Virus record (IMG/VR): IMGVR_UViG_3300044838_000061 | Coordinates: 10,483-74,482 of that record | Source of the DNA: a virus | Direction: 5' to 3' (one strand) | DNA: 64,000 bases | Shown here: in pieces, positions 1-8,700 of the stretch | Position numbering within the stretch: position 1 is the first letter of the stretch | Layout: each line of letters starts with the position of its first letter | Notes under the pieces: model-generated | What the model was told of the DNA's origin: nothing | What the model saw: the letters and a program-made list of their open reading frames with translations, nothing else | Database searches by the model: none | Program-made: the position numbers and the translations under genes

Positions 1-2750
1 GATCCGGCGATGAAGACGTCGTTCCAGTTCGGCTCGAGCCACATCCACTGCGGGATCGACGTGATTAGGTACTGCTTCTGGGAGGTCCCGGACGAATTGA
101 CGAGGGTCCTGGCCGCGCAGTCGAAGGCGAGGTAGTCGCCGTCGGCGAGAACTCCCGTCCAGTTGATCTGCTGCCCATTGGTCAGGTTGAGCAGGATGAG
201 GTTGGAGATCGCCCCGTAGACCACGATCAGCGGTCGTTCGGGCGCGGTGCCACGGTTCCTGACGAAGAGGATCTGGTTCTGTAGTTGGACGCTCCCAGGG
301 ATGATCGTGCGCGCCGTCAGGGGTGCGGTGAGGGGTGCCCCGAACCCCAGCTGCGTCGTGTTCCCAGACGTCGGCACGAGGACCTGACTGTGGCTTTGCG
401 TCGAGCACTTCGCGTATGGCTTACTCGTCCTGACGGTGACTTGGAAGGACCGCTTGAACTGCGTCATGGAGTCCTGGGACTCCTTGATCGACGGCTTCGT
501 GACCGGCTTAGCCCAGAACGACACGTCTGCGGGACAGATCGACGCCGCCCGGAAGTCATCGAGCGCCCAGTTCGTCCCAACCGTCTGCGCCCCGAACCCG
601 ACCTGAGAGAGAACCTGGTCCCCGTAGGAATCGGCGTCTGACCCCGTCAGTGACGCCGAGACCGTGAATGTCGGCAGTGTGCTCTCGGACGGCGGAGAGG
701 CCCAGAGTTCGCCCGTGACGTAGTCCCCGTCTTTCCTCGCGCGCAGCCAGATTGACTGCCCTTGCACGACCCCAGTCACGAGTGTTGTCGCGAGCACGGT
801 CATCACGCCGGCGTCCACCACGGCGATAGTGATCGTCGGCGTTCCCGAAGCGACGTTGTAGGAGACCTGGAGGTAGTTGTTGGCGTCGACGAGGCACGGG
901 GCGACGTAGGCCGTCGATGCGTCGGTGGTCGACCCGACGACGATTCGTACGGTGGTGACGGCGTCTCCCCACAGTCGGTTATCAGCGCTGCGCATCAGCA
1001 TCACGTTCGAGGTCGTGAGCCACTGGAGGACGCCGCCCGAGACGGCCAGCGAGGCCGAAGACCCGATCGTTGCGGTGTAGTTCTGGAGCGTCTGTGGGTC
1101 GTCAAAGGTGTCGTAGACGTCGAACCATCGGAATTTCATCGGTGCCTCACTCAGCGGTGCGAACGCTGCCTTCAGGTCGCGCTCAAGCCTCTTACAGACC
1201 CCGAGCGACCCGGCTTGGATGTCGCCCGAGATGACGAACGTATTGTGAGTCGGGATCATCTCTCGGCCAGCAAGATAAAGATGGTTCGGAGAATCAACCG
1301 AAATGCATCTAACTGGCCGACTTGCCACTGACTTCACTTCTACGATGTATCGGAATCGCTCGACTTCGGGATATTTGAACGCCGCGCGACGGGCGCGCCA
1401 AGTTTCTGTCTTGCGACTCAGCCAAAATACATTATCGTTCGGAACGAAACTCACATTCCATTGTGGACCGCATACCGTTCCGTCCCTTCTCTTTGATACA
1501 CCTTGTCTGATTACCGCCCGATATCCAAGTGATAGGACTAATTCTAATACGTCATTAGCTAGACGCTCATTTGTGTTATCAAATTCGACCCTGCCGGAAT
1601 CTCCAACTGTGCCATCAGTATCCAACAATCCAGCAAGCAGCGCACGACGTTGCTTGATGGATGACTGCATATATTCGCGTGGAATATGTTTGTTGCGCTT
1701 TGATTCTTTCTTGCTCAAAAGTCCCATTTTACTTAGAGCAGCACCGAGTCCATGAGAGTAAGGGGGCGTTGAACGGACAATCCATTCAAGTGCTACGGGT
1801 GTCCGAGTGACCTTGTAACCATCGCGTCGAATGTAGTCGATGATTTCCTCATCCCATTCCGGCACGTATAATTTGGGAAAGTATGAATTACCATCTCCAA
1901 GCCATGCGCCGAGGGTATACGGCCTGATAGGAAGATCACATTCTGAGTATCTAAGTGGACCTGCTATACGTATGGCATGGTTTGTGTCGCCATTTGACAC
2001 TCGCAGAGTTGCGCTGATCTCTTTAGTCGTATGAATTGCTGAGCTATGTATGTGTCCAGAATCCTTCAGCCTTTGGACTCGATAAGTCGCCGCAGTTTCG
2101 GCAGCCTCTACTTCAGTATCAAAAACACCGAGATCACGCCGAAAATATCCACCGTGGTATGCAACCCACTGATTGCCTTCAGACCTAACTCCGCGGTATC
2201 GTGAGGATGCTTTGTCGCGGCGGCCGGCGTGTGTATTGCGCAACAGTTTGCGCGCCGCCGCTAGCCTGATCCTAGACTTCAGATCGACCGTTGCCCACCG
2301 ATGATCTGCGTCCGCGATTATGCAAGATCGACTTACGTCAGTCTTCCCAGATGAGAACCAAACTTCATAACAAGGTCGACCACTAGGCTGTGGATAAACG
2401 CTGATGACATTGCAAGGTTCGCCCTTATCATCAAAGACTTGATCTCCTACACGAAGATCCTTCATCAATCTCCAACCATTGGGGGTAGGGATAGGTGTTT
2501 CGTCGTCTAGTGCGCGCCCGCGGTACCAAGAGTCGTAGACGAACTCCCCCTCGTCACCGGGCACGACCTCGCGCGAGTCCGTTATGTCCGCCCCGTCGAG
2601 TCCCGTGATACTCGTGACGCGGATCCGGTCCGCCTGATGGCGGTCGTTGATGACGTACCCGTTGTACTCGATGAACGCCTGTACCCCGAACGACAGCGGA
2701 GAATCCCAGGGCGCTGTCTGGTGTGAGTAGGTACGTGAGGCGACGGTCAC
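1..2750 (-). CDS. Distal tail (Dit-like) protein precursor with a class 3 intein and an inserted lectin-like domain; 3' end lies beyond the window
   Basis: Absent from the ORF track because it has no stop inside the window. Translated by hand from GTG at 2750, just after the tape-measure stop: MTVASRTYSHQ...VTSITGLDGADITDSREVVPGDEGEFVYDSWYRGR|intein|TFVISGDIQAG...LFVRNRGTAPERPLIVVYGAISNLILLNLTNGQQINWTGVLADGDYLAFDCAARTL...WLEPNWN. Its position after the TMP and the N-G-T-A-P-x-x-P and 'GD-L--D' motifs are typical of siphovirus Dit. Confidence 0.85.
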   Translation of the reverse strand, partial: MTVASRTYSHQTAPWDSPLSFGVQAFIEYNGYVINDRHQADRIRVTSITGLDGADITDSREVVPGDEGEFVYDSWYRGRALDDETPIPTPNGWRLMKDLRVGDQVFDDKGEPCNVISVYPQPSGRPCYEVWFSSGKTDVSRSCIIADADHRWATVDLKSRIRLAAARKLLRNTHAGRRDKASSRYRGVRSEGNQWVAYHGGYFRRDLGVFDTEVEAAETAATYRVQRLKDSGHIHSSAIHTTKEISATLRVSNGDTNHAIRIAGPLRYSECDLPIRPYTLGAWLGDGNSYFPKLYVPEWDEEIIDYIRRDGYKVTRTPVALEWIVRSTPPYSHGLGAALSKMGLLSKKESKRNKHIPREYMQSSIKQRRALLAGLLDTDGTVGDSGRVEFDNTNERLANDVLELVLSLGYRAVIRQGVSKRRDGTVCGPQWNVSFVPNDNVFWLSRKTETWRARRAAFKYPEVERFRYIVEVKSVASRPVRCISVDSPNHLYLAGREMIPTHNTFVISGDIQAGSLGVCKRLERDLKAAFAPLSEAPMKFRWFDVYDTFDDPQTLQNYTATIGSSASLAVSGGVLQWLTTSNVMLMRSADNRLWGDAVTTVRIVVGSTTDASTAYVAPCLVDANNYLQVSYNVASGTPTITIAVVDAGVMTVLATTLVTGVVQGQSIWLRARKDGDYVTGELWASPPSESTLPTFTVSASLTGSDADSYGDQVLSQVGFGAQTVGTNWALDDFRAASICPADVSFWAKPVTKPSIKESQDSMTQFKRSFQVTVRTSKPYAKCSTQSHSQVLVPTSGNTTQLGFGAPLTAPLTARTIIPGSVQLQNQILFVRNRGTAPERPLIVVYGAISNLILLNLTNGQQINWTGVLADGDYLAFDCAARTLVNSSGTSQKQYLITSIPQWMWLEPNWNDVFIAG
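1242..2513 (-). mobile_element. Class 3 intein (424 aa) with LAGLIDADG homing endonuclease and an AP2-like domain
   Basis: Block A ALDDETPIPTPNGW (Ala1); block B IIADADHRW; block C YTLGAWLGDG; block E LLAGLLDTDG; block F RPVRCISVDSPNHLYLAG; block G MIPTHN|T. GC content is visibly lower than in the flanks. Confidence 0.93.
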
Positions 2751-2753
2751 CCT

Positions 2754-5700
2754 CTACAGAGCTCCACTGACCTCGTGCGCCAGCTGCTCGCCGATGATCG
2801 ACGGGTCGAGCGAGGTCGTCGGGGCGTGGTTGATGTTCAACTCGCCGATGGTTGGCGGAGTCGTGCCCCCGGTTACGCCAGTGAAGGTCGGAGCGATCGA
2901 CGGTGCGGATCCGGCCGGGAGCGACGCCTGGAACTGCGGCAGGAGGTTCCCCATCCCGCTGAAGATCGCGGTGCGGAATGAGGACCACGCGCTCGTCGAC
3001 CACTGCTGGGGCTGGAGCAGCTGTCCGTTGAGCGTCGCGAGCTGCTGGTTATTCTGGGCGATGGCCCCGGTGTTTGACTCCAGACTGCTGATGAGTCCCT
3101 CGAACGTGCTGATCCACGCCGCGTCGTGGCCCGACTCGATCCCCGAGATGTTGGCCCCCGAGAGTGCGGTGACGAATTGCTGGGGGGTAGACGCCTGTCC
3201 GAGCAGCGACGCGAGTCCGGACGCTCCATCCCCGAGCTGACCCAGTTGTCCTAGGAGTCCAGTGTTCGTTCCCTGGAGGCTGGTGTTGCTCATCGACGTG
3301 AGCGCCTTCAAGGACGCGACATCGGTGAAGCCTGTCGTCTGCCCGATGGTCTGGATGATCTGTCCGAGACCACCAAAGACGCCGGTCTGGAACTGGCCCC
3401 GGGACTGGATGTACTGCGCGGTCTGGTTGACGACCTGAGCGGTGTTGTCCTGGAGAGCTAGGTCGTTCTGTGCCAGTTGCGCGGTCAGCCCGTCGATCGT
3501 CTGAGTCAGCGTCGCGACCGCCCCCGTGTCCCCGGCGGCGCTGGCCTGGACGAGGAGCGAGTTGTAGGACTGGAGCTGGCCCTGAAGACTCGACTGGTTG
3601 AGTTGAAGGGCCTGGAGGTTTGTCGCCCCGGCCGCGGCGAACTGTCCGGGAGTCGAGGCCGACTGGGTCATCGTTTGGGAGATCGACTGAAGCTCGGAGA
3701 CCTTGGCCTGCTGGGTCTGGGCAGTTTGCTGGACGGCCGAGATCGAGTCTTGGATCATCTGGGCCGTCATCTGCACAACTGATCCCTGAAGCTGTGCGAT
3801 CTCCTGCTCGATCTGCGACGCGAGCCCTTGGTCACCGCCGGCCACGGCCTGCGCGAGAACCGCCTGAAGCGACGTGATGTGCTGCTGTGTCGTTTGGATG
3901 ATGGCCGCGTCGATGCCTGGTAGGAGGCTCAGCTGGCCGAGGGACTGCGCCGCCGACTGGATCGCCGACTGCTGCGCGGATTTGGTCTGGAAGGTCTGCT
4001 CGACGGCGGAGAACTTGTCTTGGACCATCTGGATCGTGGCCTGGCCGACTGTCTGGTTGAGCTGAGCGATCTCCTGCTCGATCTGCGCGACGAGGTCAGC
4101 GTCGTGCATCTTCTTGGCCTCTTGAAGAGGCTTCTGGAGCGCCGATATCTGGTGCTTGGCGGACTCGGCCAGCGCCTTGTCGATGGACTGGAGCGCGCCG
4201 TACTGGCCCTTACTCTGGGCGGTCGACTGGGCCGCCTGTATCTGGGTCTGCTGGGTCTGGTAGACGTCGCTGACCTGATTCAGGGTGTCCTGTACGTACT
4301 GCTGCTCGGCCTGGAAGGTCGTCGTGATCTGGGAGTTGATCGAGTTGTTGAGGCCCTCCTGCTGCTGGACCAGGAGCGTGTAGGCACTCTCCAGCTTCTT
4401 GACCGTGGAGTCCTTGGTTGACTTGGAGAGGCGCGACCGGCGTACCTTCGAGATCCTTGACTTGACCTCGTTGATCGCCTTGGTGGTCGCCTCGGCCTCG
4501 CGGCGGAGGTAGTCCGTCTCCTCTACCGAAGCGCGCACCCCCAGCGCGTCCAGCTCGGCCTGACCCGTCTCCCCGATGTGTCCCGTACCGGAGGTGACCG
4601 TTCCGACGCCAGCGACGTGCCTCGTAGTCAGGAGTCCTGCTCCCCTCAGTGACACGCCGCCGTAGCCGCTGCCGGCGAACCCAGCAGGTGTTCGGTGGGT
4701 CACACGTGCCACCGATGTCGGGCGAACACTCGCTGATCGGTACCCGATCCCCGTGATCCAGTTCGTTAGGTTGTTCTGGAAGCGCTGGAACGCGGCCGAG
4801 AGCATGTTGAGCGTCGAGTTTGGGTTGTTTGGGTCGGCGAACGCCTCCAGGAGCGTCCCGATCTTGTCCGTCTGTTTCTTGATCGGGAGCGCGTCTATCT
4901 TCGTGAAGGCGCGCACGACTGCCTGGAATACGCCCGAGAGGACCTCGAGACCACTCGTGAGTGAACCGGGGTCGATCTTGAACAGGTTCGCCGAGACGCT
5001 CTGGAGGAAGCTTGTCGCCGACGACACGGTCTTGAAGTGCTTCGGTACCTGTCCACCTACATCGAAGTGCTGCCGCGGTGCCTCGCTGTCATAGCCTAGG
5101 TGGGAGTCGAGTCCGTGCGCTCCCATGCCCGTGATGCGCCCGAGCTCGTCCCACTGCGGCGGATTGACGACGCGCTCGCCCTCGTGCGCCATGATCGGCA
5201 CCGGCTCGCCGCCCCACGGCGCTCGACCGCCACCTGCGAAGCGAAGGACGTGCTTGCGGAGGTGACGTAGGCCGATACGCCTCGCATGCCGAGTCAGGAG
5301 GCCCCCCGCCGCGTAACCCTGTGCGTAGGCGGCGTTAGCACCTGTAATGCGGTTTGACATCGCCGGGATACCAGCGCGCTCGAATCCCTGCTCAAAGATG
5401 GTCGCGGCGTCGCCCGGACTCTTGGCAGCATTCATCGCCGCCTTCAGGCTCTCGATCTGAGGCAACATGGTCTGCATCTGGTGTAAGAGCGAGCCGCCTG
5501 AGCCAGACCCGAAGTTGCTGATCTGCTGCCACAGTCCGCCGCCAGCAGCGTTCGGGTCCATCGAGGACTCCTGGTAGGCGTTGCCGAGCATCCCCGCGAT
5601 GGCGATCTTGTTGAACCCTGCGGCGCTCATGAACTGATCGACTTGTTTCTCGACCGAGCCGCTGAGCTTCACGTTCGGCATCCCGGCGCTACCGACGAAC

Positions 5701-8700
5701 CTGGCGAGGTACTGGTTGGCGGCGTTGGTGACCTTGTTGACGACCCCCTGCGCGATGGCCCCCCACGCGCCTCCCACGCCTTTGACCTTCGGCGCGACGA
5801 GCTTCTGGATGGCCGCGAGTCCACCCGTGATGACACCGCGCTGCAGTCCGCTCAGGAAGGTGCGGAAGGACGACCCGGCAGGCGTTACCTGTCCTTCTTG
5901 GTAGCCGGTGGTCGCCATCGCCATCGTCTCACCGCTGGCGGTCGCCCAGCCCGTCTCTATCCCGGACCCTGAGGTCGCGTAGTAGGCGATCCGCTGTCCC
6001 TCGCTGAGGGTTCGACCAACCTCTGCCTGGAGGGAGCTGGTCGCGCGAGGGTCATTGGAGGGGATCCCGGGAACTCCGGTGATCTGCTCGGCGACGTAGA
6101 CGTACTGTCCCGCGTCGGGTCCGCCCGTCAGCTGGTACCAGATGAGCGGCTGGCCGTTGTACCAGCCCGGCTTCACTCCCTCGACGTGGGCGTTCCCGAT
6201 TACGCCGATCGGCGTTCCTGGCGCTAGGTCGACGTCAACGCCTTGGTCGGTGCGTCCCCAACTGACGTTCGCATTCCCGAAGGGCGACGTGTAGATACTC
6301 GCGTTTCCGACCAGTCCCCCCTTCGCGAGGTGCGGTGAGTTCTGGAGGTAGCGACTCAGGAGTGCGCGTTGGCGTGGTGCGTGTCGCGGGTCGGTGGTGA
6401 GGGTGACCTCATCGTGACCGCCCTCCGCGACGTGGACCAGCCTGCCTCCGGGCTGCGCGGCGTTCCAGCCACCCTCCGCCTGCGACATCACGCCACCAGC
6501 GCTCAGCGTTCCGCCGAGTAGTCCCGCGATCACGTTACTTTGAGTGACAGGGTTGATCTGCCTCGCCCCAGTCCCGAGCGAGATCCCTCCCTGCCCGAGT
6601 GCCTTCAGGGCGTTGTCCAGCATCCGGTCAAGCTGGCCCATCGCCTTCCCGACGCCGCTGACGCCTAGCGCCGCGAGTGTCTGGATCTTCGTGAAGGCCG
6701 CAGCGGTAAGTCCGGTGACTTGCTCGGTCCAGCCCTGAGTTCCCTGAATGAAGTTCGACGAGATCGCTTGGTTGTCCTGACTGAGTTGCTGCTGGATCTG
6801 GCCCATGACGTTCTTGGTTGTCGCGTCGAACCCGGTGAAGGTCGTCGCCCACTGCGCCCCCGACTTCTTCAGCGCGACGTTGAGGGGATTCAGCTCATTC
6901 GACAGCGCGCGGATCGCCTCGCGCTGTTTCAGTGTGAGGTCGGGCTGCTGACTGAGCTTCTGGACCAGCCCGTACATCGACTGGAGCTGGGAGTTGCTCA
7001 GTTGCGACGCGTCGGTGACGCCCTTGAGTCCTTGTTGGAGCCGAGATAGGTCGGCGGTCGTTCGCGAGCCTTGATTTGACGACGTTGAGGACCCGAGCAG
7101 TCCGAGCGTGGCGAAGTTCGCGAAACTGCTAAGGCTGATCCCAGACTCATGCGAACCACCGACTGGGCCGAGCATCGACGCGAGATCGCCCTTTGTGCTC
7201 TTCCCGGCCGTGATGTTCTGACCGAAGGCGTTGGTCTTGTCTGCTAGGTAGGCAGCGGCGGCGATCGGGAGGACGCGCGTGAGGCCGAACCGGGCCGCTC
7301 CCACGCCCGCGGCGGCGCCGCCCGCTCCGACCTCAGCGGCGGGGACTCCGGCTCCGCCAGCTCCGGCCGCGACTCCGCCTCCGGCGGCCGTTCCACCGGC
7401 CGCGAGGATGGCGAGGTCGGCCTCCTCGGTGGTAATGAGCGTCGTCTGCTCGATGATCGCTGCGTCCACGGCCTGTTCGTCGGCTACCTGGCGCGCGGAG
7501 GACGCGTCGGTCGCTCCGGCTAGCTCCGTCTGTGCTGCGGCTACGTCGCGTGTGGCCTTGGCGCCCTTGGAGATGCGCGTCGTCAGCGCCTCCCACGCGG
7601 CCCCGATACGGTTCAGTATCCCCTCGCCCTCCTGGAACGCCTTGAAGGCATCGAAGAATCCGTGGACGACGTTCGTCGCGGTCGTGACCAGCGATATGAC
7701 GCGGTTCAGCACCATGAGTCCTAGGAACGCGGCGACTAGTCCGACGACTACTGCCTTCAGCGGGGCGACAGCGTCGAGCAACCTCATGAACTGGGTGACG
7801 AGGAAGCCGACCGTCGTCGCAAGGATTCGCGCCGCTGGCAGCACGATGTTGTTGAGCAGTCCCGCGAACGCTCGCAGTGACGTCAGGTTGAAGACTTGGA
7901 TCAGCGATGACCCGACGTTGAACAGCACTCCGCCGATCAGGCCGAGTCCTTGGCGGGCGTCCGAGAAGAACCTGGTGACCTCGGGGCCGTGGTTCTGGAC
8001 CCAGGTCGTAGCATCGTGAAGCGCCTCTGTGAAGCTCGTGACCGTCTTCATCCCCTGCGGGGCGGCGTCGTGGCCGAGCGCCTTGAACAGGTCGAAGGTG
8101 GCTCCGGCGAGGTGGGCGAAGTCCTCGGCCCACTTGGCGCCCTGGTTGAAGAACGACGTCAGCCGCGCCTGCCCTTGCGGCGTACGGTCGCGAGCATCCA
8201 TCGCGTCCCAGAAGCGCGCCCAGTCCCCCGAGAGCTGCCTGAACGCCGGGGCCGCCGCCGTGGCGATGTCCTCGAAGACCTTCATCAGGCCCGTGATGGC
8301 CTTGGTGATGATCGGGATGCTCTTGGTGGCGTCCTTCGACATCGTCTCGAAGAACGAGGTTCCTCGCTGACCGAACATGGTCTTCTCGAGGCCGCCGAAC
8401 TCCTGTCCCATCGCCTTCGCGAGCGCGTTGATCGGCTGCATGAAGCTCTTGTTGCCGAGGAGCTGCTGGAGCCTCATTCCGGCGTCGAGGAACGGCGTGA
8501 CGATGTAGTCGGTGATCTTCTTCAGTGGCGAACTGGGAGAGCGAAGCTGGGTCTCGAGGTTGTTGAGCATCGAGAACAGCGCCTTCTCGGGGGCCGACAT
8601 CTGGCCCAAGAGGTATTGGAGCGTTCCCTGCTGCGACGTCATGTGGGACGCCGGCTGGGCGAGTTGAAGCTCGGTGATCCGCATTTGCCGCTGGGCGTTG

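Noticed and set aside
285-2034. ORF-track ORFs 285..641, 556..972, 762..1331, 1303..1755 and 1840..2034
   Set aside because: They are shadow frames of the Dit-like/intein gene on the minus strand.
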